In this document: positions 21,597 through 33,804 of the stretch, piece after piece
Position numbering within the stretch: the first letter of the stretch is position 1
How the letters are laid out: each line of letters starts with the position of its first letter
Assembly: GCA_965205265.1 (NCBI GenBank)
Contig: CBDBGH010000003.1
Location: forward strand, 3,200,001 to 3,264,000
Direction: 5' to 3'
DNA from: Alphaproteobacteria bacterium
Lineage (GTDB): Bacteria; Pseudomonadota; Alphaproteobacteria; Bin95
DNA length: 64,000 nt
Translations under genes and position numbers: made by a program
Notes under the pieces: generated by a model
Database searches by the model: none
Seen by the model: only the letters and a program-made list of their open reading frames with translations
What the model was told of the DNA's origin: nothing

Positions 21597-22427
21597 ATGC
21601 CCGAACTTCCGGAAGTCGAGACGGTGATGCGGGGGCTGGCGGGGGCGCTGGCGGGCCGGCGGCTCCGGCGCGTCGAGCAGCGCCGGGCGGAGCTGCGCTT
21701 TCCGCTGCCGGAGCGCTTCGCGGCGCGGTTGGAGGGCCGGCGCATCGAGGGCTTCGACCGGCGCGCGAAATATATCCTGGCGGCGCTCGACGACGGCGCG
21801 ACATGGCTCTCCCATCTCGGCATGTCCGGGCGGATGATGCTGGGCGAAGGCCCCGCGCCCGAGCCGGACCGCCACGACCACCTGATCTTCGAGACCGATG
21901 ACGGGCAGCACCTGATCTACCGCGACGCGCGGCGCTTCGGCTTCATGGACCTGATCGCGCCCGGCGCGCTCGAAGACCATCCCCGCCTTGCCGGCCTCGG
22001 CATCGAGCCGCTCGGGCCGGAGCTGACCGGCCGGCGGCTGCGCGCCCTGTTCGCCGGCCGGCGCGCGCCGCTCAAGGCGGCCCTGCTCGACCAGCGGCGC
22101 ATCGCCGGGCTCGGCAACATCTATGTCTGCGAGGCGCTGAACCGCGCCCGGCTCCACCCCGACCGGCCTTCCGGCGAGCTGTCCGCGGCTGAGGCGCGCG
22201 CGCTGGCCGGGGCCGTCCGGGGGACGCTGGAAGAGGCGGTCGCGGCCGGCGGCTCCTCGCTGCGCGACTATGTGCAGGCCTCGGGCGAGCTCGGCTATTT
22301 CCAGCACAGCTGGCGGGTTTACGGGCGCGAGGGCAGCCCGTGCCCCTGCGGGCGCAAGGGTGCCGTCGTGCAGCGCAGCGCCCGGTCGGGCCGGTCCACC
22401 TTCTTCTGCCCGGTCTGCCAGAAATAG
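21597..22427 (+). CDS. mutM: Formamidopyrimidine-DNA glycosylase
   Basis: MPELPEVE N-terminus, HLGMSG, GLGNIY, C-terminal zinc finger CPVCQ. Confidence 0.98.
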   Translation: MPELPEVETVMRGLAGALAGRRLRRVEQRRAELRFPLPERFAARLEGRRIEGFDRRAKYILAALDDGATWLSHLGMSGRMMLGEGPAPEPDRHDHLIFETDDGQHLIYRDARRFGFMDLIAPGALEDHPRLAGLGIEPLGPELTGRRLRALFAGRRAPLKAALLDQRRIAGLGNIYVCEALNRARLHPDRPSGELSAAEARALAGAVRGTLEEAVAAGGSSLRDYVQASGELGYFQHSWRVYGREGSPCPCGRKGAVVQRSARSGRSTFFCPVCQK

Positions 22428-22439
22428 CCCGGCGGGCCC

Positions 22440-24833
22440 GTGACCGATCTTCCTTCCCACGCCTCCGTCGTCGTCATCGGCGGCGGCATCATGGGCTGCT
22501 CTACCCTCTACCATCTCGCGGAGATGGGCGTCGGCGACGCGATCCTGCTGGAGCGGGACAAGATCGCCTCCGGCACGACCTGGCACTCGGCGGCGCAGGT
22601 CCGGGCGCTGCGCCATTCGCGCAACCTCACCCGCATGATCCGCTACTCCATCGACCTCTATTCGCGGCTCGAGCATGAGACCGGCCAGAGCGCCGGCTGG
22701 ATCGGGACGGGCTCGCTGTCCATCGCCACCACGCCGGACCGGCTGGTCCATATCCGCCGCCAGGAGGCGATCGCCCGCGCCTTCGGCGTGGAGGCGACGT
22801 CGATAAGCCCCGGCGAGGCGAAGGAGCGCTGGCCGCCGATGAACGCCGGGGACGTGCTGGGCGCGGTCTGGTCGCCGGGCGACGGGCGCGTCGGGCCGTC
22901 GGATGTCTCGGCGGCGCTCGTCAGGGCGGCGCGGGGGCGGGGCGCCCGGCTGTTCGAGGATGTGCGGGTGACGGGCATCCTCACCGGAAACGGGCGGGTG
23001 CGCGGCGTCGAGACGGGCGCGGGCACGGTGATGTGCGATGCGGTGGCGGTCTGCGCGGGGCTCTGGTCGCGCGAGGTCGCGGCCATGGCCGGCGCGCGGG
23101 CGCCGCTGCTCGCCTGCGAGCATTTCTACCTGCTGACCGGGCCGGTGGAGGGGATTGTCGGCAATGTGCCCACGCTCTCCGACCATGACGGCCGCCTCTA
23201 TATCCGCGACGACAGCGGCGGCCTGCTGATCGGCTGCTTCGAGCCGATGGGAAAGCCGATACCGCCCGGCGCGCTCGGGGAGGACTTCGCCTTTAGCCTC
23301 CTGCCCGAGGACTGGGACCATTTCGAGCCCATGATGGCGAATGCGCTGCACCGCCTGCCGGTTCTGGAAACCGCCGAGGCGCGGATGCTGCTCAACGGGC
23401 CGGAGAGCTTCACCCCGGACGGCATGTTCATGCTGGGCGAGACGGCGGAGACGCGCGGCCTCTTCCTTGGCTGCGGCATGAATTCGGTCGGCGTCGCGTC
23501 GGCCGGCGGCGCGGGCATGAACCTCGCCCATTGCATCCTCCACGGCCGCACTGCCTACGACCTCTCGGAAGCCGACGCCATGCGCTTCGCGCCGGCATTC
23601 GATTCGGTCGAGCAGCTGATAGCCCGTGCGCCGGAAATCCTCGGCACCCACTACGAGATCGCTTATCCCGGCCGGCAGCCCGCCACCGCGCGGGACCTGC
23701 GCCGTCTGGCGCTCGACGCCGAACACCGCGCCGCCGGGGCGCATATGGGCCAGTTCTACGGCTGGGAACGTCCGCTTTATTTCGGCAAGGCCGCCGAACC
23801 TGTGCTCCGCTTCGACCGGCCGGACTGGTTCGAGGCGGTGGGGCGCGAGGTCGCGGCCGCCCATGAGCGCGCCGCGGTCTTCGACCTCAGCCCCTTCGGC
23901 AAGATCGAGGTCGAGGGACCCGGAGCGGAGGCCTTCCTGCAGCATGTCTCGGCCTCGAACATGGCGCGGGAACCCGGCGCGGCGATCTACACGGCGGTCC
24001 TGAACGAGCGCGGCACCTATGAGAGCGACCTCACCGCGCTGCGCCTGGCCGCCGACCGCTACCGGCTCTATACCGGCGCTGCGGCCATCGCGCGGGACCT
24101 CGCCCGGTTCCGCCGCCATGCCGGCGGTTTCGACATCGCGCTCCGGGATGTGACGGAAGACTTTGCGGTGCTCGGCCTGATGGGCCCCGACAGCGCCCGG
24201 ATCGCGGAGGCGCTGGGTGCGCCGGAGTTGAACGCGCTCGGCTATTTCAGGCACATGGGCGCGGCGCTCGCCGGGCGGCGGGTGCGGGCCGCGCGCCTCT
24301 CCTATGTCGGCGAGGCGGGCTGGGAGCTGACCTGCCGGGCCGAAGAGGCGCCCGCCATCCATGCCGCGCTCATGGAGGCGGGCGCCGTTCCGGCGGGCCT
24401 CCATGCGCAGGCCTCAATGCGGATCGAGAAGGGCTTCGCGGCGATGGGCCACGAGCTCGACGGCGATATCGGCCCGGTGGAGGCGGGACTGGACCGGCTG
24501 TGCTCCCGGGAAAAGAGCTTCATCGGCTCCGCCGCGCTCGCCGAGCGGCGCAGGACGGGCCGGCGCAGCCTCGCAACCATCGTGCTGGACGACCAGGACG
24601 CCCAGCCGCTCGGCCATGAGCCGGTCCTGCTGGACGGCCGCATTGCGGGCCTCACGACCTCGGCGGCCTTCGGCTACCGCATCGGCCGGCCGGTGGTGCT
24701 GGCCCATGTCGCGGACGTGCCGGAAGGCGCGGCCGTCGAGGTCGATATTGCCGGGGAACGCCATTCCGGCCGCCTCGGCTTCGCGCCCGCCTTCGACCCC
24801 GGGGGCCGCCGCATGCGCAGCGCCGGGGCATGA
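22440..24833 (+). CDS. GcvT-family FAD oxidoreductase (dimethylglycine/sarcosine dehydrogenase-like)
   Basis: VIGGGIMG FAD motif, GTTWHSAA, GPESFTPDG, GWERP, C-terminal aminomethyltransferase domain. Confidence 0.9.
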   Translation: MTDLPSHASVVVIGGGIMGCSTLYHLAEMGVGDAILLERDKIASGTTWHSAAQVRALRHSRNLTRMIRYSIDLYSRLEHETGQSAGWIGTGSLSIATTPDRLVHIRRQEAIARAFGVEATSISPGEAKERWPPMNAGDVLGAVWSPGDGRVGPSDVSAALVRAARGRGARLFEDVRVTGILTGNGRVRGVETGAGTVMCDAVAVCAGLWSREVAAMAGARAPLLACEHFYLLTGPVEGIVGNVPTLSDHDGRLYIRDDSGGLLIGCFEPMGKPIPPGALGEDFAFSLLPEDWDHFEPMMANALHRLPVLETAEARMLLNGPESFTPDGMFMLGETAETRGLFLGCGMNSVGVASAGGAGMNLAHCILHGRTAYDLSEADAMRFAPAFDSVEQLIARAPEILGTHYEIAYPGRQPATARDLRRLALDAEHRAAGAHMGQFYGWERPLYFGKAAEPVLRFDRPDWFEAVGREVAAAHERAAVFDLSPFGKIEVEGPGAEAFLQHVSASNMAREPGAAIYTAVLNERGTYESDLTALRLAADRYRLYTGAAAIARDLARFRRHAGGFDIALRDVTEDFAVLGLMGPDSARIAEALGAPELNALGYFRHMGAALAGRRVRAARLSYVGEAGWELTCRAEEAPAIHAALMEAGAVPAGLHAQASMRIEKGFAAMGHELDGDIGPVEAGLDRLCSREKSFIGSAALAERRRTGRRSLATIVLDDQDAQPLGHEPVLLDGRIAGLTTSAAFGYRIGRPVVLAHVADVPEGAAVEVDIAGERHSGRLGFAPAFDPGGRRMRSAGA

Positions 24834-24969
24834 TCCTGCGAGGCTTGCGCCGGGGGCCGGGCGGGCATACCGTTTCGCTTCGGCGGTCCGCTCCAGCGGC
24901 TGTTCGCGGTGAGGAGGCGGCTATCGGAGCCATGATCTTGTCGAAGACCGGAGTCGGGGAGCGTCGGCG

Positions 24970-25314
24970 TTGAGGGCGGCGCTCGCGCTCGTCCTTTGCC
25001 TGCTGGCTTCGGGCGTCCAGGCCGGCGAGCGCTTCGTGCCGGGATTCGAGGCTCTGCCGTTGATGAAGGGACTGGAGGTCGAGCCGGGTTCGGCGGTGGC
25101 GTTCGACAAGCCCGGCGGGCGCATTGTCGAGGCGGCGGCCACCGGGACTGTGCCGGCGGCGCGCATCCGCAACTGGTACCGCGAGGCCCTGCCGCAGCTC
25201 GGCTGGCAGCCGGCGGGAGAGGGCCTGTTCCGCCGCGAGGGCGAGACGCTGTCGCTCACCGTCAGCCGGGAAGGGACCGGCGCGCGCGTCGCCTTCCGCC
25301 TCTATCCGCAGTAA
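24970..25314 (+). CDS. Small exported hypothetical protein
   Basis: Signal-peptide-like N-terminus; host-like codon usage. Confidence 0.7.
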   Translation: MRAALALVLCLLASGVQAGERFVPGFEALPLMKGLEVEPGSAVAFDKPGGRIVEAAATGTVPAARIRNWYREALPQLGWQPAGEGLFRREGETLSLTVSREGTGARVAFRLYPQ

Positions 25315-25326
25315 CGCCTGCCCCGC

Positions 25327-26118
25327 TTATCGCGGCCAGTCGCGGATGGCGAGGAGGCCGGCATCCACGGGCAGCAGCACGCCGGTGATCCAGCGCGCCT
25401 CGTCGCTGGTGAGATAGACGGCGGCCCAGCCGATGTCCCAGCCCGTGCCCTCCGTGGCGAGCGGCACCATCGCCGCCCGCCGCGCCCGCGCTTCCGGGCC
25501 CTGATGCGCGACCATCGGCGTGAAGATCGTGCCGACGATAATGCAATTGCAGCGGATGGCGTCCTTCGCATAGTCGGTGGCAAGCGACAGGGTGAGGCCG
25601 TGCAGGCCCGCCTTGGCGGAGGCGTAGGCGACGGAGCCGGTCTGGCTCAGCAGGCCGCGCGCGCCGACCACGGAGGAGATGTTGAGGATCGACCCGCCGC
25701 CGGCGCGCTGCATGGCGGGAATGCAGGCCCGCGCGCAGAGCATGGCGGAGGTGAGGTTGACGGCGATGGTCGCGTCCCACCCCTCGCGGCCGATTTCCAT
25801 GACCGCGCCCTGCTGGCGCGAGCCGCCGACATTGTTGACCAGCGCGTCTATGCGCCCGAAATGCGCCTCTGCCGCCGCCGCCATGGCGTTTGCGTCGGCT
25901 TCCTCGGTCACGTCGCCCGCAAAGACGAACGCCTCGCCGCCCCCGGCGCGGATTTCCTCGGCCAGGCCTTCCGCGCGTTCGGCGGAGCGGTTGACCAGAA
26001 CGACCTTCGCCCCCTCGCGCGCCGAGAGCAGCGCAATCGCCTTGCCGGTGCCTACGCCCTCGCCGCGCGAGGCCGCTCCGGTCACCACAACGGTCTTGCC
26101 GTCCAGCCGTCCGCCCAT
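25327..26118 (-). CDS. SDR family oxidoreductase
   Basis: TGA...G.G, LVNNVG, YxxxK (YASAK). Confidence 0.93.
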   Translation of the reverse strand: MGGRLDGKTVVVTGAASRGEGVGTGKAIALLSAREGAKVVLVNRSAERAEGLAEEIRAGGGEAFVFAGDVTEEADANAMAAAAEAHFGRIDALVNNVGGSRQQGAVMEIGREGWDATIAVNLTSAMLCARACIPAMQRAGGGSILNISSVVGARGLLSQTGSVAYASAKAGLHGLTLSLATDYAKDAIRCNCIIVGTIFTPMVAHQGPEARARRAAMVPLATEGTGWDIGWAAVYLTSDEARWITGVLLPVDAGLLAIRDWPR

Positions 26119-26135
26119 GCAAGTCCCCTCCCGGT

Positions 26136-27722
26136 TCAGTATCCGAGCGCGAGGCCATCTTTGCGCGGGTCGGAGCCCGCCACCAGCGTGCCCGAGTCGC
26201 GGTCGATCCAGATCGCCTGGCCGCCTCCGTGCGGGCGGTCCGCCGGCGCGAGATCGTGGCCCCGGCGGCGGAGTTCGGCGCAGGCCGCTTCCGGGATGCC
26301 GCGCTCGACCTCCACCCGGCCGTCATAGGCAAACAGGCGCGGCAGGTCGAGCGCCGCCTGCGGGTCCAGGCCGTGGTCCAGCATGGAGGACAGCGCCCAG
26401 GACTGCCCGACCGGCTGGTAATGCCCGCCCATGACGCCGAACGGCATGACCGCGCGCCCCGCCTTCGCCAGCATCGCCGGGATGATGGTGTGCATCGGGC
26501 GCCGGTTCGGGCGGACGGCGTTCGGGTGGCCGGGTTCGAGCGAGAAGCCGAGCCCGCGATTGTGCAGCATCACGCCCGATGCCGGCGTCAGGATCGCGCT
26601 GCCGAAGGACTTGAAGAGCGAGTTGATGAAAGAGCAGGCATTGCCGTCCCGGTCCACGACCGAGAGATAGACCGTGTCCTCATGCCGGGGCCAGCCGGCA
26701 GGCGGCAGCGCGGGCAAAGCCCGGTCTTTGCAGATCGTCCCGCCGAGCGCGGCCGCATAGTCCTTCGAGAGCAGCATATCCAGCGGCATGTCGGCATCGG
26801 CCGGGTCGGCGACGAAGGCGTTGCGGTCGCGGTAGGCGAGCCGCGTCGTCTCGACGAGCCGGTGCATGCGGTCCGCCGAAAGCGGGTCGTCGGCCGGTTC
26901 GAAGCCCTCCAGCATGTTGAGCATCAGCAGGGCTATGACGCCGACGCCGTTGGGCGGGCATTCGAAGACCGTGTAGCCGCGATAGTCCGTCGAGATCGGC
27001 TCGACATATTCCGCCTTGCGCGCCGCGAAGTCCTCTTCCGTGTGCAGCCCGCCGAGCGCGCGCAGCTTGCCCACCATGTCGGCGGCGACTTCGCCCTCGT
27101 AGAACGCCGAGCGGCCTTCGCGCGCAATGCGCTTCAGCGTCTTCGCAAGCTCGGGCTGGCGGAACGTGCGGCCTTCCCCGACAGCCTCGCCGCCCGGCAG
27201 GAACCGCGCCGCCGTGTCGGCGTCGCCGGCAAGGCGGCCCGCAGAATCGCTCCAGTCCGCAGCCGTGCGGGCATGGACGACGAAACCGTCCTCGGCATAG
27301 CGGATTGCCGGCTGCAACAGCTCGTCGAGGCCCATGCTGCCGTGATCCTCCAGAAGCCGCTCCCAGGCATCGACGGCGCCCGGCACGGTCACTGCATGGG
27401 GGCTGGAATCGTCGAGCGCATTGACGCCGCGTTCCGCCAGCCACTCCGCCGAGAGCGCGGCCGGCGCATGGCCCGACCCGTTGAGCGCAATCGGTGCTTC
27501 CGCGCCCGCCGGCGCATAGAGGCAGAAGCAGTCCCCTCCGATTCCGGTCGATTGCGGTTCGGTCACGCACATCACCGCGCAGGCGGCGACCGCGGCATCG
27601 ACGGCGTTGCCGCCCGCCCGCAGCACCTCCACTCCGGCAAGCGTCGCGGAAGGCTGGCTGGTGGCGACCATCGCGTTGGCGGCGCGGGCGGGAGACCGGC
27701 CCGGAAGGTGGAAATCGCGCAT
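26136..27722 (-). CDS. ggt: Gamma-glutamyltransferase
   Basis: GGNAVDAA, GIGGDCF, TVPGA, nucleophile DTVY, RPMHTI, SDPRKDG. Confidence 0.93.
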   Translation of the reverse strand: MRDFHLPGRSPARAANAMVATSQPSATLAGVEVLRAGGNAVDAAVAACAVMCVTEPQSTGIGGDCFCLYAPAGAEAPIALNGSGHAPAALSAEWLAERGVNALDDSSPHAVTVPGAVDAWERLLEDHGSMGLDELLQPAIRYAEDGFVVHARTAADWSDSAGRLAGDADTAARFLPGGEAVGEGRTFRQPELAKTLKRIAREGRSAFYEGEVAADMVGKLRALGGLHTEEDFAARKAEYVEPISTDYRGYTVFECPPNGVGVIALLMLNMLEGFEPADDPLSADRMHRLVETTRLAYRDRNAFVADPADADMPLDMLLSKDYAAALGGTICKDRALPALPPAGWPRHEDTVYLSVVDRDGNACSFINSLFKSFGSAILTPASGVMLHNRGLGFSLEPGHPNAVRPNRRPMHTIIPAMLAKAGRAVMPFGVMGGHYQPVGQSWALSSMLDHGLDPQAALDLPRLFAYDGRVEVERGIPEAACAELRRRGHDLAPADRPHGGGQAIWIDRDSGTLVAGSDPRKDGLALGY

Positions 27723-27776
27723 TGCAGGGGTGACCTCGCATCGAATCGTCATATATTTCATGCACTTTAGGGCCGC

Positions 27777-28811
27777 ATGAACAATCTAGCCACAGACATT
27801 CTCGATTCCCTGCCCGATCCGGTGCTGCTGCTGGATGCCGGGCGGGTGGTCACGCGGATCAATCCCGCGGCGCGGGCGGTGCTCGGCGAACGCGCGCTCG
27901 GCCGGGATCTCAGCCACAGCCTGCGCCACCCGGACGCCCTTGGCGCCGTGGACGCTGTGCTGACGGGCGGCGGTTACCGGGGCGTCGAGGTCGCGCTGCC
28001 GGTGCCGACCGCGCGCGCCTACGACCTCCAGGCCGTTGCGGCCCCCGGCGAGGAGCCCGGAGCGCTCCTCATCATGCGGGATGTCACCGCGGTCCGGCAG
28101 AACGAGCGTATGCGCGCCGACTTCGTCTCCAATGTGAGCCACGAACTCCGCTCGCCGCTGGCGACCCTGATCGGCTTCATCGAAACCCTGCGCGGTCCGG
28201 CGGCCGACGATCCCGATGCGCGGACCCGATTCCTCAAGATCATGGACGCCGAGGCCGCGCGCATGTCGCGGCTCGTGGACGACCTGCTGTCGCTGGCGCG
28301 CGTCGAGGCGCGCGAGCACATCCGGCCGGAGACCGCGCTCGAGCTCGGACCGCTGTTGAAGGGCGTAGCGGACGCGCTGGCGGCGCGCTCGGACGTTCCG
28401 GTGACGCTCAACATCGCGGACGGGCTGCCGCCCGTGCTCGGCGACCGGGACGAACTCACGCAGGTGTTCGAGAACCTGCTGGACAACGCCATCAAGTATG
28501 GCGGCGAGAATGTCCGGCTGGAGGCGGCGGCCGTCTTGCGGATTCCCGACATCGGACTTCCCGGCGCATGCATTGCGGTAACCGACTCCGGCCCCGGCAT
28601 CGACCGGGCCGACCTGCCCCGTCTGACAGAGCGTTTCTACCGCACCGACAAGGCTCGCTCCCGGAGCCTTGGCGGCACGGGGCTCGGCCTCGCCATCGTG
28701 AAGCATATCGTGAACCGGCACCGCGGGCGGCTGGGAGCGACCAGCACAGTCGGACAGGGCAGCCGTTTCACCGTGCACCTGCCCTCGGCAGGCGGCCCGC
28801 CCGCAGCTTAG
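27777..28811 (+). CDS. phoR: Phosphate regulon sensor kinase (PAS + HisKA + HATPase)
   Basis: DFVSNVSHELRSPL, NLLDNAIKY, ERFYR..GGTGLGLAIVKH; directly upstream of pstS. Confidence 0.9.
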   Translation: MNNLATDILDSLPDPVLLLDAGRVVTRINPAARAVLGERALGRDLSHSLRHPDALGAVDAVLTGGGYRGVEVALPVPTARAYDLQAVAAPGEEPGALLIMRDVTAVRQNERMRADFVSNVSHELRSPLATLIGFIETLRGPAADDPDARTRFLKIMDAEAARMSRLVDDLLSLARVEAREHIRPETALELGPLLKGVADALAARSDVPVTLNIADGLPPVLGDRDELTQVFENLLDNAIKYGGENVRLEAAAVLRIPDIGLPGACIAVTDSGPGIDRADLPRLTERFYRTDKARSRSLGGTGLGLAIVKHIVNRHRGRLGATSTVGQGSRFTVHLPSAGGPPAA

Positions 28812-28815
28812 GCCG

Positions 28816-28844
28816 CTGTCATATATCCGTAACGAAACTGCAAT
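28816..28844 (+). promoter_or_regulatory. Pho box upstream of pstS
   Basis: CTGTCAT-ATAT-CCGTAAC-GAAA-CTGCAAT: 7-bp units with 11-bp period matching the PhoB consensus. Confidence 0.8.
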
Positions 28845-28936
28845 AGACGGATAACCGCCGCGCGCGAAGGTCAGATCGTGCGGCGAGGCATGGCGTGCCC
28901 GGCGCCATGACAAGGTCAACAAGGGATGGTCCCCGA

Positions 28937-29983
28937 ATGAGAAACGCGCTTATCGCCGCGCTGCTCGCCGGCGTCGCCGTTGCGGGTACAGCGGAGGCCC
29001 GCGACCGGATCCGTATTGTCGGGTCCTCCACCGTTTTCCCGTTCTCGACAACGGTGGCCGAACGGTTCGGCAAGACGACTTCCTTCAAGACCCCGATCGT
29101 CGAGGCGACGGGCTCCGGCGGCGGGCTCAAGCTGTTCTGCGCCGGGGCCGGCGAAGGCCATCCCGATATCGCCAACGCCTCGCGCCGCATCAAGGCGAAG
29201 GAGGTGGAGACCTGCGCGAAGAACGGCGTCGCCGGCGTGATCGAGGTCAAGATCGGCTATGACGGCATCGTGTTCGCCAATTCCCGCGACACGGCGCCGA
29301 TGTCGCTGACCCTCAGGGACGTCTTCCTGGCACTCGCGCATCACGTGCCGGCCGGGGCCTGCGAGAAGGCGGACGCCTGCGAGCTGAAGGCGAACCCCTA
29401 CGAGACCTGGAAGGAGGTCAATCCGGAGCTGCCGGATGTGCGCATCGAAGTGCTCGGCCCGCCCGCGACCTCCGGCACGCGCGACGCCTTCGTCGAACTC
29501 GCCATGGAAGGCGGCTGCAAGACATTTCCGGGCATCGAGGCCATGAAGAAGGCCGACAAGGGGGCCTACAAGAAGCTCTGCCACACGATCCGCGAGGACG
29601 GCGCCTATATCGAGGCGGGCGAGAACGACAATCTGATCGTCCAGAAGCTCACGACCAATCCGCGCGCGCTCGGCATCTTCGGCTTCAGCTTCCTCGACCA
29701 GAACGACGACAAGCTGCAAGGCAGCGCGGTCGATGGCGTGGCGCCGGAATTCGAGGAGATCGCCGACGGCAACTACCCGGTCTCGCGCGCGCTCTTCTTC
29801 TATGCGAAGAAGGCGCATATCGGCGAGGTGCCCGGCATCGCCGAGTTCATCGCCGAGTTCACGAACGAGGCGACCTGGGGCCCCGACGGCTATCTGGCCG
29901 ACAAGGGCCTGATCCCGATGTCCGACGCCGAGCGCAAGGAGTGGAGCGCGTCGGCCAACGGCCTTCAGAACCTGTCGATGTAA
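28937..29983 (+). CDS. pstS: Phosphate ABC transporter substrate-binding protein
   Basis: Signal peptide, IVGSSTV, TGSGGG, SGTRDAF. Confidence 0.95.
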   Translation: MRNALIAALLAGVAVAGTAEARDRIRIVGSSTVFPFSTTVAERFGKTTSFKTPIVEATGSGGGLKLFCAGAGEGHPDIANASRRIKAKEVETCAKNGVAGVIEVKIGYDGIVFANSRDTAPMSLTLRDVFLALAHHVPAGACEKADACELKANPYETWKEVNPELPDVRIEVLGPPATSGTRDAFVELAMEGGCKTFPGIEAMKKADKGAYKKLCHTIREDGAYIEAGENDNLIVQKLTTNPRALGIFGFSFLDQNDDKLQGSAVDGVAPEFEEIADGNYPVSRALFFYAKKAHIGEVPGIAEFIAEFTNEATWGPDGYLADKGLIPMSDAERKEWSASANGLQNLSM

Positions 29984-29995
29984 GCAAGGCAGGCG

Positions 29996-30986
<991 letters not shown>

Positions 30987-30994
<8 letters not shown>

Positions 30995-32267
30995 CCTGCG
31001 GCAGAGCCCGTCCGCGGCGATCCTGGCGTCGCTGCCGCGGCGGCGGCGGGCGGAGGCGCGCTTCCGCCTTTACGGCATCGCTGCCATCGGCATTGCGCTC
31101 GCCTTCCTGGTCCTGCTGATCGGTGCGATCGGGGCCCAGGGCATCGGCGCGTTCACCCAGGCCGAGATCGCGCTCGATGCGACCTTCGAAGAGAGCGTCC
31201 TCGATCCCTCCGGCGGGCGCGACCCCGAAACCCTTTCGACCGCGAACTACCGGGCCGTCGTCCGCGCGGCGCTCGGCGACATCTTTCCGGAAGCGTCGCG
31301 CAAGCGCCGGGACCGGCGCAGGCTGATGGAGCTGGTGAGCGTCGGGGCCGCCTTCGAGTTGCGCAAGCTCGTCCTCGAGGACCCCGGTCTGATCGGCAAG
31401 ACGATGCGCGTCTGGGTGCCGGCAGACGACGAAGTGGACATGCTGCTCAAGGGCGCGACCGCCCACGACTCCGGACGCTTCACCGACAAGCAGCTCTCCT
31501 GGCTCGACCGGCTGGAGGCGGAAGGCCGTATCCGCAGCACATTCAACTGGCGCTTCTTCTCGAACGGCGACAGCCGGGAGCCGGAGCTTGCCGGCATATT
31601 GGGGGCGATCTCCGGCTCGTTCTTCGCGCTCATGACCTGCCTCGTGCTGAGCTTTCCGCTCGGGGTGATGGCGGCGATCTATCTGGAGGAATTCGCACCC
31701 CGCAACCGGTGGACGGACCTCATCGAGATCAATATCAACAACCTTGCGGCGGTTCCCTCCATTGTCTTCGGGTTGCTGGGCCTTGCGGTCTTTCTGGGCC
31801 TCATGGGCCTGGCGCGCTCCGCGCCGCTGGTCGGCGGCATGGTGCTCGCCCTCATGACCCTGCCGACGATCATCATCGTCACGCGGGCCTCGCTCGGCGC
31901 CGTGCCACCCTCGATCCGCGAGGCCGCCATCGGCCTGGGCGCGAGCCGGATGCAGGCCATGCTGCACCACACATTGCCGCTCGCCATGCCCGGCATCATG
32001 ACCGGCACGATCATCGGTATGGCCCGGGCGCTCGGCGAACTCGCGCCGCTTATCATGATCGGCATGGTCGCCTTCATCGTGGACGTGCCCCAGGGCCCGC
32101 TCGATCCCGCCTCCGCCCTGCCGGTGCAGGTCTATATCTGGGCGGACAGCCCGGAACGCGCCTTCGCCGAGAAGACCGCCGCAGCTATCATCGTCCTCTT
32201 GGCGTTCCTGATCGCCATGAACCTGACGGCCGTCATTCTGCGCCGGCGCTTCGAACGCCGCTGGTAG
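30987..32267 (+). CDS. pstA: Phosphate ABC permease
   Basis: [24 protein letters not shown]. Confidence 0.95.
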
Positions 32268-32281
32268 GAGGCCCGACCCTG

Positions 32282-33061
32282 TTGAACACGACCTCCGGCA
32301 ACCTTGTGCCCAAGCTGACGGCGCGCGGCGTCAACGTCTTCTACGACGATGCGCATGCCCTGAAGCAGGTCGATCTCGACATCCGCGCCCATGAGGTCAC
32401 GGCGCTGATCGGCCCGTCCGGTTGCGGCAAGTCCACCTTCCTGCGTTGCCTCAACCGGATGAACGACCTGATCGGGATCTGCCGGGTGGAGGGCGACATC
32501 CGCCTGGACGGCGAGGACATCTACGACCCGGCTGTGGACCTCGTCTATCTCCGCGCCCGCATCGGCATGGTGTTCCAGAAGCCCAACCCGTTCCCGAAGT
32601 CGATCTACGACAATGTCGCCTACGGGCCGAAAATCCACGGGCTGGCGCGCTCGCGCGGCGACATGGACGAGACCGTCGCGTCGAGCCTGGAGCGCGCCGG
32701 CCTTTGGGAAGAGGTGAAGGACCGGCTGGAGGCGCCGGCGACAGGGCTCTCGGGCGGGCAGCAGCAGCGCCTCTGCATCGCGCGGGCCATTGCGGTGAGG
32801 CCGGAAGTCATCCTGATGGACGAGCCTTGCTCCTCCCTCGACCCCATCGCCACCGCGCGCATCGAGGCGCTGATCGACGAGCTCAAGCAGAACTTCACCA
32901 TCGTGGTCGTGACCCACTCCATGCAGCAGGCGGCGCGCGTCTCTCAGCGCACGGCCTTCTTCCATCTGGGCGACCTGGTCGAGGTCGGCGACACCGACAC
33001 CGTGTTCACCCAACCTGTCGATCCGCGCACGGAAGCCTATATTTCAGGCCGTATCGGCTGA
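32282..33061 (+). CDS. pstB: Phosphate ABC ATPase
   Basis: [34 protein letters not shown]; TTG start after AGGAGG. Confidence 0.96.
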   Translation: MNTTSGNLVPKLTARGVNVFYDDAHALKQVDLDIRAHEVTALIGPSGCGKSTFLRCLNRMNDLIGICRVEGDIRLDGEDIYDPAVDLVYLRARIGMVFQKPNPFPKSIYDNVAYGPKIHGLARSRGDMDETVASSLERAGLWEEVKDRLEAPATGLSGGQQQRLCIARAIAVRPEVILMDEPCSSLDPIATARIEALIDELKQNFTIVVVTHSMQQAARVSQRTAFFHLGDLVEVGDTDTVFTQPVDPRTEAYISGRIG

Positions 33062-33084
33062 CGGAGGACGGGAGGGAGCGTCCC

Positions 33085-33804
33085 ATGAACGACCGCGCCG
33101 AGCATATCTCCAAGGCCTTCGACGAAGAATTGCGCCAGCTCGACAACCGGCTGGCCGAAATGGGCGGCATGGTGGAGGCGCAGCTGGCCGGCGCCGTGGA
33201 AGCCCTCAGGCGCGGCAATACCGAACTCGCCGAGCAGGTCGTCGCCCGCGACAGGGATATCGACGCCCTCGACATCGAAATCGACCTGTTCAGCGTGCGC
33301 CTCGTGGCGTTGCGCCAGCCGGTCGCCGCGGACCTCAGGACGATCTTCGCCGCCATCCGGATCTCTTCCGATCTGGAGCGGATCGGCGACATGGCCAAAA
33401 ACATCGCCAAGCGGACGCATGCGGTAAGCCGTTTTCCGCCGCTCGCGACGACGGCCTCCATCGCCTCCATGGCGCGCGTGGTGCAGACGATGATCAAGCA
33501 GGTCCTGGATGCCTGGACCGCCCGCGACACCGAGGCCGCAGCGGATGTGTTCGCCCGCGATACCGAGGTGGACCAGCACTATGCGAGCCTGTTCCGCGAA
33601 CTCCTGACCTACATGATGGAAGACCCGCGCAATATCGGGCCCTGCACCCATCTGCTGTTCGTCGCCAAGAACCTGGAGCGCGTCGGCGACCACACGACCA
33701 ATATCGCCGAGCAGATCGGCTATGCCGTGCTCGGCACACGGCCGTCGGACCGCGAAACGCACGATCCGACCAACACCCTCGTCCCGGAGGCGGAGGGCCG
33801 ATGA
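33085..33804 (+). CDS. phoU: Phosphate signalling protein PhoU
   Basis: RQPVAADLR, DLERIGD, NLERVGDH. Confidence 0.96.
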   Translation: MNDRAEHISKAFDEELRQLDNRLAEMGGMVEAQLAGAVEALRRGNTELAEQVVARDRDIDALDIEIDLFSVRLVALRQPVAADLRTIFAAIRISSDLERIGDMAKNIAKRTHAVSRFPPLATTASIASMARVVQTMIKQVLDAWTARDTEAAADVFARDTEVDQHYASLFRELLTYMMEDPRNIGPCTHLLFVAKNLERVGDHTTNIAEQIGYAVLGTRPSDRETHDPTNTLVPEAEGR